A stretch of 49,504 nucleotides of DNA from Paracoccaceae bacterium (GTDB lineage Bacteria; Pseudomonadota; Alphaproteobacteria; Rhodobacterales; Rhodobacteraceae), in contig JBBAGE010000001.1 in assembly GCA_041655055.1 (NCBI GenBank), positions 1 to 49,504 of the forward strand. Reading direction: 5' to 3'. Under the pieces are notes generated by a model. That model saw only the letters and a list, made by a program, of their open reading frames with translations, was not told the DNA's origin and did not search any database. Positions 29,700 to 38,326 of the stretch are shown here, piece after piece (the stretch's first letter is position 1; each line of letters opens with the position of its first letter). The position numbers and the translations under genes are program-made.

Positions 29700-32066
29700 A
29701 TGAACAATGATCTCAAAAGACCGTTGGCTGACGTTGTGGTTCTGGATCTCGTATCCGGGCCGCTGGCAACGATTAGCCGCACTCTTGCCGAAATGGGCGC
29801 CGAGGTAATCCGGGTCGAACCCAAAGGCGGTGCGCGCGATCGCGCCGACGGTGACATGCTGGCCTTTGCTGCGCGCAATAACGGCAAGCGCAGCTTTGAA
29901 TTCGACCCCGAGGATGAAAACAGCCGCACGGCGTTTCATGCCCTGCTGGACCGCGCCGATATTTTCATCAACGACATGTCGCCCCATGCCGGGCTGGCGA
30001 TCGATTCCAATTCGATCCACAGCAAATACCCGGGCATGACCATTCTTTCGGTCAGCGATTTCGGCATCGGCAATGATTTCAGCGACTGGCAAGCCACCGA
30101 CCCGGTGCTGCACGCGATTTCCGGCGAATTGGCACGTTCGGGGCTTGATGGCCGCGCACCGCTATTGCCGCCCGGCGCGATCGGAAGCGAGGCCGCATCA
30201 TCGCAGGCCGCGATGGTGGTATTGTTTTCCTATCTGAACCGGCTGTCGTCGGGCAAAGGTGACCATCTGAATTTCTCGACGCTTGATGGCACCAGCCATG
30301 CGCTTGATCCGGGTTACGGCATGGGCGGCAGCGCCGCGCAGGGTAAACTCGCCAGCGAATTGCCGCGCGGGCGCCCGCCCAAAGGGTTCCAATATCCGAT
30401 CCTGCGCTGCAAGAACGGTTTCGTGCGGATCTGCGTTCTGGCCCCGCGCCAGTGGCAGGGCATGTTCAAATGGATGGGCAGCCCCGAGCGTTTCGCCGAT
30501 CCGAAATACAACAAGATCTATGAGCGTTTCGGCGATCCCGAGCTGAACCCCATGATCGAGCAGCATTTCATGAACTTCACCCGCGACGAGCTGGAGCGTG
30601 ACGCCACCGAATATGGTGTGCCGCTGGCCGCCGTTCTGACGCTGGAAGAGGCGCTGAAAACCGAACATATGGTCGCGCGCAAGGCGATCGTCGAACTGGA
30701 CCTGCCCGGTGGCAAGGGCCGCACGACCTTTGCCAATGGGGTGATGGAAATCGACGGCGCGCGCATGGGGCCGATGGGGCCCGCGCCCGAACTGGGTGAT
30801 TTCGATGCGATCCGCAGCGGGGATTCGCTGGTGGGGCGCGCCAAGCTTGGCTTTGGCGGCGAGCGTCCGCTGGCGGGGCTGAAGGTGCTCGATCTGGGTA
30901 TCATCATCGTGGGCGCGGATCAGGGCCGCTTGTTGGCCGATCAGGGTGCCGATGTCATCAAGGTCGAGGCCAAGGCATTCCCCGATGGCGGGCGTCAGAC
31001 GATCGGCGGCGAGGCGATCTCGCTCGGGTTTGCTGTGGGTCACCGCAACAAGCGCAGCCTTGGCATCAACTTGCGCGATCCCAAGGGCAAGGCTCTGTTC
31101 CTTGATCTGGCCAAGGAAGCCGATGTGATCTTGTCGAACTTCAAGCCCGGCACGCTCGCGTCGCTGGGGATTGATTACGATACCGTCAGCAAGGTGAATC
31201 CGGGTATTATCATGGGCGACAGCTCGGCCTTTGGCCCCACCGGGCCGTGGAGCCGTCGCATGGGCTATGGCCCGCTGGTGCGCGCCAATGCCGGGCTGAC
31301 CGATATGTGGAAATATCCCGATGATGACGAATCCTTCTCGGATGCGATCACGGTTTATCCCGACCACACGGCCGCGCGTTACGGGCTGTTGGGTGTGCTG
31401 GGGCTGCTGGTGCGGCGTGCGCATACCAATGTGGGCGGTGTTGCCAGCACCGCGCAGGCCGAAATCATGCTGGGCCATTTCACCGACGATATCGCCCGGA
31501 TCGGCATGGGGGTGAAACGCGGCAGACCGGACGCGCCCTGGGGCGTTTTCCCCACCAAGGGCGATGACGATTGGGCCGTGGTCACTGTGCGCAACAATAC
31601 CGATTGGGCCACACTTTGCGCCGTGATGGGCCGCGATGACCTGGCCAAGGATGCCGCGCTTGCTGATGCCGAGGGCCGGATCGCCAATAGCGAACGGGTC
31701 AACGCCGCAGTCACGGATTGGCTTGCGGGTCAGACCGCGCATGACGCGATGATCACGTTGCAAAAAGCGGGCGTGCCTGCGGCGCAAATGCTGCGCGTGT
31801 CGGAAATGGCCGAGTTTGAATATTACAAACAACGCAACTTTACCCGCGTCGACAGCCATCCGTTGATCGCCGATTCCTTCCGCGCCGAGCGCAGCCCGGT
31901 GCTGTCCGAATTGATGCCCGAACCGCCGCGAAAACCGGCACCGCAGATGGGTGAACATACCCGTGAAGTGGTCAAGGAATGGCTGGGCCTACCCGATTCC
32001 GAGATCGAGGCGCTGGTTGAACAAGAAATCCTTGAGCCGCTGGCCGGGGAAAAAACGGCTGCATAA
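29700..32066 (+). CDS. Tandem (double-domain) class-III CoA-transferase, CaiB/BaiF family
   Basis: There are two complete CaiB-like halves. The N-half starts LADVVVLDLVSGPLATISRTLAEMGAEVIRVEPKGG. The C-half starts LAGLKVLDLGIIIVGADQGRLLADQGADVIKVEAK. Each has the NxGKRS...NFKPG...GFGxxGP...A..G series. Start at ATG 29700 with RBS gggagg. Confidence 0.8.
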   Translation: MNNDLKRPLADVVVLDLVSGPLATISRTLAEMGAEVIRVEPKGGARDRADGDMLAFAARNNGKRSFEFDPEDENSRTAFHALLDRADIFINDMSPHAGLAIDSNSIHSKYPGMTILSVSDFGIGNDFSDWQATDPVLHAISGELARSGLDGRAPLLPPGAIGSEAASSQAAMVVLFSYLNRLSSGKGDHLNFSTLDGTSHALDPGYGMGGSAAQGKLASELPRGRPPKGFQYPILRCKNGFVRICVLAPRQWQGMFKWMGSPERFADPKYNKIYERFGDPELNPMIEQHFMNFTRDELERDATEYGVPLAAVLTLEEALKTEHMVARKAIVELDLPGGKGRTTFANGVMEIDGARMGPMGPAPELGDFDAIRSGDSLVGRAKLGFGGERPLAGLKVLDLGIIIVGADQGRLLADQGADVIKVEAKAFPDGGRQTIGGEAISLGFAVGHRNKRSLGINLRDPKGKALFLDLAKEADVILSNFKPGTLASLGIDYDTVSKVNPGIIMGDSSAFGPTGPWSRRMGYGPLVRANAGLTDMWKYPDDDESFSDAITVYPDHTAARYGLLGVLGLLVRRAHTNVGGVASTAQAEIMLGHFTDDIARIGMGVKRGRPDAPWGVFPTKGDDDWAVVTVRNNTDWATLCAVMGRDDLAKDAALADAEGRIANSERVNAAVTDWLAGQTAHDAMITLQKAGVPAAQMLRVSEMAEFEYYKQRNFTRVDSHPLIADSFRAERSPVLSELMPEPPRKPAPQMGEHTREVVKEWLGLPDSEIEALVEQEILEPLAGEKTAA

Positions 32067-32088
32067 GCCAAGAGGGAGAGAGAAAAGC

Positions 32089-32904
32089 ATGTCGGATACC
32101 AAAGAAGCGACCAAGACGGACGTCGTTCTGGTCGAGCGTCGGGGCCATGTGATGATCATCACATTGAACCGCCCCGAAGCACGCAACGCGGTGAACATTC
32201 ACACCCATATGGGTGTCGGCAACGCGCTCGAAGAAGCCGAAGCCGATCCCGATGTCTGGGTGGTGATCCTGACCGGCGCGGGCGACAAGGCTTTCTGTGC
32301 CGGCGCCGATCTGGTTGCGGTGTCGCGCGGCGAAAGCCTGATGCCCGATGATCCCAAACAGGCGGCCTGGGGCTTTGCCGGTTTCGTGTCGCACCCGATC
32401 AGCAAGCCGGTGATCGCGGCGGTCAACGGTTTCGCTCTTGGTGGCGGGACCGAGCTGTCGCTGGCCGCCGATCTGGTGGTTGCGGCCGATACCGCCGCCT
32501 TTGGCCTGCCCGAGGTCAAGCGCGGGATTTTTGCCGGTGCGGGCGGTGCGTTCCGCATCGTGCAGCAACTGCCCACAAAGATCGGGATGGAAGTGGTGCT
32601 GACCGGTAACCGGCTGACGGCGCAGCGCGCGCATGAGCTGGGTCTGGTCAACCGCGTGGTGCCGTTCGATCAGCTTATGGATGCCGCCATGGCTTTGGCC
32701 GAGGAAATCACCGTCAACGCCCCGATCGCGGTGCAGGTGACCAAGCGCATCGCCATGGGCATCGACAACGGCCACATCGCTGCTGATGACGAACATTGGG
32801 AACGGGCGCGCCGCGAAGGCGCCTATCTGATGTCCACCGAAGACGCCAAGGAAGGGCCGCGCGCCTTTGCCGAAAAGCGTGAACCCGTCTGGAAAGGGCG
32901 CTGA
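32089..32904 (+). CDS. Enoyl-CoA hydratase (crotonase family)
   Basis: ITLNRPEARNAV, FCAGADL, and ALGGGTELSLAADLVVAADTAAFGLPEVKRGI with both catalytic Glu positions present. Start at ATG 32089 (RBS agagggagag). Confidence 0.85.
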   Translation: MSDTKEATKTDVVLVERRGHVMIITLNRPEARNAVNIHTHMGVGNALEEAEADPDVWVVILTGAGDKAFCAGADLVAVSRGESLMPDDPKQAAWGFAGFVSHPISKPVIAAVNGFALGGGTELSLAADLVVAADTAAFGLPEVKRGIFAGAGGAFRIVQQLPTKIGMEVVLTGNRLTAQRAHELGLVNRVVPFDQLMDAAMALAEEITVNAPIAVQVTKRIAMGIDNGHIAADDEHWERARREGAYLMSTEDAKEGPRAFAEKREPVWKGR

Positions 32905-32906
32905 TC

Positions 32907-34418
32907 ATGGCAATGGATGCAGAACGTATTCCGGTTATCGTTGGGGTGGGTCAGTTCAATGACCGCCCCGAAAACCCCGATGACGGGCTTGATTCCGTTG
33001 GCCTGATGGAACAGGCGCTGCGGCTTGCCGATCAGGATGCCGGGGGTGGCTGGCTCAAGGATCTCGATGCCATCGCGACGGTGGATCAGATTTCTTGGCC
33101 GCATCTGACGGAAATTCCGCAAAAACTGGCGGCTGCTTTCGGTGCAAACCCCAAGCATCTGGAAACCACCGATATGGCCAGCGGCGACAGCCCGATCCTG
33201 TTGCTTAACGAGGCCGCGAACCGCATCGGCTCGGGCGAGCACAAGATCGCCGCCGTTGTGGGGGGCGAGGCCCTGCGCAGCGCCGCGCATTTCGCCAAAA
33301 AGGCCGCAGCCGAGGGTAAAACCTTTGGTGGTCTGGGTAGCTCGGTTGCGGAAATGGCCGCCAATGCGGCCCCGAGCTATCGCAAGCGTTATGGTCTGCT
33401 GGGCCCTGTCGATGTCTATCCGCTTTATGAAAACGCGGGGCGCGCGGCCTATGGCCAGACGCTTGACGAAGGTCAGGATGAAAGCGCGCAGATCTGGTCG
33501 CTTTTCGCAGAAGTGGCCAAGTACAACGAGGGTGCATGGATTCGCAAGGGCGCCACGCCCGAGGAAGTCAAGACCGTCACCCCCAATAACCGCCCGATTT
33601 CGCATCCCTATAGCAAGCTGATGGTTGCCAATAGTTCGGTAAACCAGGGTGCGGGCTATATCGTGACCAGCCTTGCCGAAGCGCGCCGCCGCGGTGTGCC
33701 CGAGGACAAGCTGATCTATGTCGGCCTTGGCGCTGCCGGTCATGAACCGGATGAGCCGCTGGAACGTGACCGTTACGATCAATCGCCCTCGATGGCGCTG
33801 TCGATCAATAAGGCGCTGGAGCTTAACAAGCTCAATTCATCCGATCTGGATTATGTCGAGCTTTACAGCTGCTTCCCCTGCGTGCCGAAAATGGCCCGCC
33901 GGGTGCTGGATTGGCCGCTTGATAAACCGGCGACGGTGCATGGCGGCCTGACGTTCGGTGGTGGCCCGATCGGCAACTACATGGCGCATGCCGTGGTCTG
34001 CATGGTGGAAAAACTGCGCGAATCCGGCAGCAAGGGTCTGCTGTTTGCCAATGGCGGCTATGCCACGCATAACCATTCGCTGGTTTTGTCCAAAGAGCCG
34101 ATGGATCACGCGCAATTCCCGCAGGAATTCCTGTTCCAGGACGAAGCCGACGCCGCGCGCGGCGCGATCCCGCCGGTCAATGAAAACTACGAAGGCCCGG
34201 CCGAGATCGAGACCTTTACCGTGCTTTACGGCCGTGATGGTTCGCCGCGTTGGGGTGTGGTCTATGCCCGCACGCCCGATGGCGCACGCACGCTGGCCAA
34301 AATCCCGGCCGAAGATGAGGCAGGCATCGCCTTTCTTACCGATGGCAAGGCCGAGCCTGTGGGATCGCAGGGCAAGGTGGTTGCCGTGGCCAACGGGGAT
34401 CACATCTGGCAACGCTAA
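32907..34418 (+). CDS. Thiolase-fold (SCP-x/Ltp-like) protein fused to a C-terminal DUF35-like OB fold; thiolase catalytic residues apparently missing
   Basis: IPVIVGVGQF...DMASGDSPILLLNEAANRIGSGEHKIAAVVGGE aligns by eye to the thiolase xxCASGxxAxxxAxxxIxxGxxDxxxxxGxE block. VELYSCF corresponds to HDCF, and HGGLTFGGGPIG to NxxGGxxAxGHPxG. The C-terminal ~90 aa (GPAEIETFTVLYGRDGSPRWGVVYARTPDGARTLAKI...) resembles a DUF35 OB fold. The start lies 3 nt after the hydratase stop. Confidence 0.7.
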   Translation: MAMDAERIPVIVGVGQFNDRPENPDDGLDSVGLMEQALRLADQDAGGGWLKDLDAIATVDQISWPHLTEIPQKLAAAFGANPKHLETTDMASGDSPILLLNEAANRIGSGEHKIAAVVGGEALRSAAHFAKKAAAEGKTFGGLGSSVAEMAANAAPSYRKRYGLLGPVDVYPLYENAGRAAYGQTLDEGQDESAQIWSLFAEVAKYNEGAWIRKGATPEEVKTVTPNNRPISHPYSKLMVANSSVNQGAGYIVTSLAEARRRGVPEDKLIYVGLGAAGHEPDEPLERDRYDQSPSMALSINKALELNKLNSSDLDYVELYSCFPCVPKMARRVLDWPLDKPATVHGGLTFGGGPIGNYMAHAVVCMVEKLRESGSKGLLFANGGYATHNHSLVLSKEPMDHAQFPQEFLFQDEADAARGAIPPVNENYEGPAEIETFTVLYGRDGSPRWGVVYARTPDGARTLAKIPAEDEAGIAFLTDGKAEPVGSQGKVVAVANGDHIWQR

Positions 34419-34438
34419 GCCGGATCACAAGACAGCGG

Positions 34439-34472
34439 AAATGGCGGGTGCGATGCATCCGCCATTTTTCTT
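34439..34472 (+). terminator. Rho-independent terminator after the CoA-transferase/hydratase/thiolase-like operon
   Basis: A 9-bp stem (aaatggcgg / ccgccattt) with an 11-nt loop is followed by ttcttggg; the T-run is continuous with the stem. Confidence 0.6.
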
Positions 34473-34499
34473 GGGCAGGGGCGGGGGCTTGCTTTTTTG

Positions 34500-34530
34500 G
34501 TAAGCTGGGTATATAGTAACCTTAGCTTAC
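34500..34530. promoter_or_regulatory. Inverted repeat gtaagct-N17-agcttac enclosing tatata, 20 nt upstream of marR (candidate MarR operator/promoter)
   Basis: Read directly: arms at 34500-34506 and 34524-34530. MarR regulators typically autoregulate through pseudo-palindromes overlapping their own promoter. Confidence 0.35.
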
Positions 34531-34549
34531 AAAGTGAGTCCGCCCCAAC

Positions 34550-35017
34550 ATGCCTGTCGTCATCGACCCCGATCATATCTTTTACATCCTGTTCGATATC
34601 AGCAAGCTGAACCGGGCCGAGTTCGAACGCCGCATCGCGGGTGCCGGGCTCGATCTTACCCCGGCCGAGGCGCGGGTGCTGGGCAGCCTGTTGCGCCGTG
34701 GCCCGCTGCGCCAGCATGAAATTGCCCGCAGGCTGGATATCGGCAAGATGAACTTGACCAAGATCATCGACCGGCTCGAAGCGCGCGGCCTTGTTGCCCG
34801 ATCCGAGGCGCCCGATGACCGCCGCGCCAAGATCGTGACCCTGACCGATGCCGCCGATCCGACGCTGCAGACCATCGCCCGGATCACATCGGAAATCCGC
34901 CAGGCCGGGCGCGGCGCCCTGAGCGCCGAGGAATGGGAAAGTTTTCACCGTCTGGCCCGCACGACCCGCGAAAATCTGGCGGCGCTGGCGCAGCAAACGC
35001 AAGGTGAGCGCGAATGA
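34550..35017 (+). CDS. MarR-family transcriptional regulator
   Basis: LTPAEARVLGSLLRRGPLRQHEIARRLDIGKMNLTKIIDRLEARGLVARSEAPDDRRAKIVTLT is the canonical MarR winged HTH. Confidence 0.85.
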   Translation: MPVVIDPDHIFYILFDISKLNRAEFERRIAGAGLDLTPAEARVLGSLLRRGPLRQHEIARRLDIGKMNLTKIIDRLEARGLVARSEAPDDRRAKIVTLTDAADPTLQTIARITSEIRQAGRGALSAEEWESFHRLARTTRENLAALAQQTQGERE

Positions 35018-36237
35018 GTGCCGCCCCCCAACCCATCATGAGCGCGCGGCGCGTGGCATTGTTCGGGGCGCTGCTTATGGCCATGGGGCCGATGGCGATG
35101 ACCCTGTTTACCCCCGCCTTGCCCGAAGTGGCGCGCACGCTGAACACCACCGACGCATCGGTCAAGATGACGATGACCGCCTATTTTGGCGGCTTTGCCT
35201 TTGCACAACTGGTCGCGGGGCCGATATCGGATGCGATCGGGCGCAGGCCCGTGGTCTTTGCCTTTGTCAGCCTGTTTCTGGTCGGCACTTTGGGCGCCGT
35301 CTTTGCCACGACGGTCGAGCTTTTGATTCTGTCGCGCTTTATTCAGGGGCTGGGGGCATCGGCGGGGATTTCGATTTCGCGCGCGCTGGTGCGCGATGTG
35401 TTCGAAGGCGATGCTGCCTCACGCATCATTAACATGATCGGGCTTATTTTGGTGGCGGGCCCGGCCTTTGGCCCCACGATCGGCGGGCTGCTGATGACGG
35501 TATTCGGCTGGCGCGCGGTCTTTGTCGGCATGTTCCTGTTCGGGGTGGCGGTCGCGGCGCTGGTGGCATTTGGCATGCGCGAAACGGTGCGCAACCCCGA
35601 CCGTAGCCGGCTTGGGCTGCGGCCGTTGTTGCGATCCTACCGGGTATTGTTGTCGAGCCGCTATTTCATCGCGGCGATTTTGGTGCAGGCCGGGATCGTC
35701 GGCGCAATCTATACGCAGGCGACGGTTTTGCCCTTTGTGATGATGGAGCGGGTCGGACTGACGCCCACGCAATTCGGGCTGGGCATGTTGCTGCAATCAA
35801 GCGGATTTCTGATCGGCTCGATCAGCGTGCGCTTTTTGATGCCGCGCCTGGGTGGGCGGCGTCTGGTCAATATCGGGATGTTCCCGTTGGCGCTTGGCAG
35901 TCTGGCGATCCTGTCGCTGCTGTTCATTGAGCCAAGCTATTTGGGGGTGATGGCGCCGATTGCGCTGTTTTCCTTCAGCAACGCCTTCGTGATGCCGGGC
36001 AATACCACCGCCGCCATGGCGCCCTTTCCCGAAATGGCCGGGGCGGCGGCGGCGTTCATGGGATTCACCCAGATGTTTCTGGGCATGACCTTCGGCACGC
36101 TGGCGGCGCTGTTTCCCAACCCGGTGATCGGGTTGGCGCTGATGACATCGCTGCTGGGCAGTGTCGCGGTGCTGGCCCATATCGTGGCGCGGCGCATGCA
36201 AAGCCAGCCGCTGGTGCTGCCCGCCGTGGGTGAATGA
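35014..36237 (+). CDS. MFS transporter, Bcr/CflA (DHA1) drug-efflux-like
   Basis: 407 aa with about 12 TM segments. The GPISDAIGRRP motif matches the MFS motif A region. Its ATGA start overlaps the marR stop. Confidence 0.85.
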   Translation: MSAAPQPIMSARRVALFGALLMAMGPMAMTLFTPALPEVARTLNTTDASVKMTMTAYFGGFAFAQLVAGPISDAIGRRPVVFAFVSLFLVGTLGAVFATTVELLILSRFIQGLGASAGISISRALVRDVFEGDAASRIINMIGLILVAGPAFGPTIGGLLMTVFGWRAVFVGMFLFGVAVAALVAFGMRETVRNPDRSRLGLRPLLRSYRVLLSSRYFIAAILVQAGIVGAIYTQATVLPFVMMERVGLTPTQFGLGMLLQSSGFLIGSISVRFLMPRLGGRRLVNIGMFPLALGSLAILSLLFIEPSYLGVMAPIALFSFSNAFVMPGNTTAAMAPFPEMAGAAAAFMGFTQMFLGMTFGTLAALFPNPVIGLALMTSLLGSVAVLAHIVARRMQSQPLVLPAVGE

Positions 36238-36292
36238 GCGGGCAGATGGCCGCTTGACCTCGGCCCGGTGCTCGCTTACCTAAACCGGGTGT

Positions 36293-36366
36293 GCGGGTAT
36301 GGTGTAATGGTAGCGCCCTAGCCTTCCAAGCTAGTCGTGCGGGTTCGATTCCCGCTACCCGCTCCA
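36293..36366 (+). tRNA. tRNA-Gly (anticodon UCC)
   Basis: I folded the cloverleaf by hand. The acceptor is gcgggta/tacccgc, the anticodon stem ctagc/gctag with loop cttccaa (UCC), the T-arm gcggg-ttcgatt-cccgc, and the 3' end is an encoded CCA. Confidence 0.9.
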
Positions 36367-36442
36367 GCCTTTATCGTTGTGCATTACAAGACGCCGGGGC
36401 AAGGCCGGTTGCGGTCGCGCGCTTGCGGGGCTATTGGATGCA

Positions 36443-38257
36443 ATGACCACGAAAGGGACAGGCATGGCCGATCTGACAGCCCATTCACAGCCCGAACGCG
36501 AAAAGTCACGCAAGATCGGTGCGCTGGCGGGGCTGTGGCCCTTTATCCGGCCATATCGCGCGTTGCTGGTGCTCGCGGCTGCGGCACTGGTGCTGACGGC
36601 GGGGATATCGCTGGTGCTGCCCATTGCGGTGCGCCGTGTGGTCGATGGCTTTGGCGGCGCGGATGCGCTGCTGCTTGACGGCTATTTCGGCGCAGCGCTG
36701 GGGATTGTCGCCCTGCTCGCGCTGGGGACGGGGCTGCGCTATTATCTGGTGACGCGGCTGGGCGAACGGGTCGTGGCCGATATCCGCAAGGCGGTATTCG
36801 CGCGCGTCGTGGGACTGAGCCCCGCCTTTTACGAACGCATCATGACCGGCGAGGTTCTAAGCCGGATCACCACAGATACCACGCTGATCCTGTCGGTGAT
36901 CGGGTCGTCCGTGTCGGTGGCCTTGCGCAATGCGCTGATCTTTGTCGGTGGGCTGGTGCTGATGCTGTTCACCTCGGCCAAGCTGACGGGGCTGGTGCTG
37001 CTGATCGTGCCGGTGGTGATCGTGCCGATCATCGTTCTGGGCCGCAGGCTGCGGGTGCTGGGGCGCGAAAATCAGGATTGGATCGCCGCCTCGTCGGGCA
37101 CGGCATCCGAGGCGCTGCTGAGCGTGCAGACCGTGCAGGCCTTTACCGGCGAAGATGCCACCCGCGAACGGTTTGACGATGTGACCGAGGCATCCTTTGT
37201 TTCGGCCCGCAAGCGCATTCTGACACGGGCCATGATGACGGTGATTGTCATATCGCTGATCTTTTCGGGGGTGGTCGGTGTGCTCTGGGTCGGTGCGCAT
37301 GATGTCCGGGTCGAGGCCATGAGCATCGGCGCGCTGGTGCAATTCGTGATCTATGCGATCATGGTGGCCGGTGCCGTGGGCGCCCTGTCCGAAATCTGGA
37401 GCGAATTGCAGCGCGCCGCTGGTGCGACCGAGCGGTTGATCGAATTGCTGCGCGCCGAGGATGACGTGCGCGATCCGGCCGAACCCGAAATTCTGCCCGA
37501 ACCCGTCCGGGGCGAGATCATCTTTGAAAATGTGACCTTTCACTATCCCGCGCGCCCCGATATCGCGGCGCTCAATGGCGTGGATTTGCATGTGCGGCCC
37601 GGCGAAACCGTGGCGCTGGTTGGGCCATCGGGGGCGGGTAAAAGCACGATCATCCAGCTTTTGCAGCGGTTCTATGATCCGGGTCAGGGGCGTGTTTTGC
37701 TTGACGGGATCGACCTGCGCGATATGGCGCGGGTCGATTTTCGCCACCATATCGCGATGGTGCCCCAGGATGCCGTGATCTTTGCCGCATCCGCGCGCGA
37801 AAACATCCGCTTTGGCCGCCCCGATGCCAGCGATGCCGAGGTCGAGGCCGCCGCCCGCGCCGCCGCTGCGCATGATTTCCTGCTGGCGCTGCCCGATGGC
37901 TATGACAGCTATGTGGGCGAGCGTGGCGTCATGCTGTCAGGCGGGCAGAAACAGCGCATCGCCATTGCCCGGGCGATCTTGCGCGACGCGCCGGTATTGC
38001 TGCTGGACGAGGCCACAAGCGCGCTTGATGCCGAAAGCGAACGCGCCGTGCAAATGGCGGTGGATCAGTTATCGCGCGATCGCACCACGCTGATCGTGGC
38101 GCACCGGCTGGCCACGGTGAAAAAGGCCGACCGGATTTTGGTATTCGATCACGGCCAGATCGTGGCCGAGGGCACGCATGAATCGCTTGTGGCGCAGGGC
38201 GGGCTTTATGCGCGGCTGGCGCGGTTGCAGTTCACCGCCGGCACCGAGGCCGCCTGA
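36443..38257 (+). CDS. ABC exporter, fused permease/ATPase (ABCB-type, MsbA/Atm1-like half-transporter)
   Basis: An N-terminal 6-TM domain, then Walker A GPSGAGKST, signature LSGGQKQRIAIARA and Walker B LLLDEATSALD. The start is ATG 36443 or ATG 36464 (the latter has the better RBS, aaggga). Confidence 0.9.
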   Translation: MTTKGTGMADLTAHSQPEREKSRKIGALAGLWPFIRPYRALLVLAAAALVLTAGISLVLPIAVRRVVDGFGGADALLLDGYFGAALGIVALLALGTGLRYYLVTRLGERVVADIRKAVFARVVGLSPAFYERIMTGEVLSRITTDTTLILSVIGSSVSVALRNALIFVGGLVLMLFTSAKLTGLVLLIVPVVIVPIIVLGRRLRVLGRENQDWIAASSGTASEALLSVQTVQAFTGEDATRERFDDVTEASFVSARKRILTRAMMTVIVISLIFSGVVGVLWVGAHDVRVEAMSIGALVQFVIYAIMVAGAVGALSEIWSELQRAAGATERLIELLRAEDDVRDPAEPEILPEPVRGEIIFENVTFHYPARPDIAALNGVDLHVRPGETVALVGPSGAGKSTIIQLLQRFYDPGQGRVLLDGIDLRDMARVDFRHHIAMVPQDAVIFAASARENIRFGRPDASDAEVEAAARAAAAHDFLLALPDGYDSYVGERGVMLSGGQKQRIAIARAILRDAPVLLLDEATSALDAESERAVQMAVDQLSRDRTTLIVAHRLATVKKADRILVFDHGQIVAEGTHESLVAQGGLYARLARLQFTAGTEAA

Positions 38258-38326
38258 TCAGGCTTGCCATGCACGGACTTTGCATTAATCCTTGCCTGAA
38301 ATATCACCGGCGGGAACTATTACGCG

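Noticed and set aside
30198-31958. 586-aa minus-strand ORF inside the tandem CoA-transferase gene. The same situation applies at 3094-4143, 4252-4950, 4950-5897, 27409-28797, 32823-33782, 36857-37873, 38840-39964, 46722-47600 and 47634-48380.
   Set aside because: All are antisense to genes with clear family motifs. All share the Arg/His/Gly/Gln-rich shadow composition, and none has a plausible RBS or domain signature.
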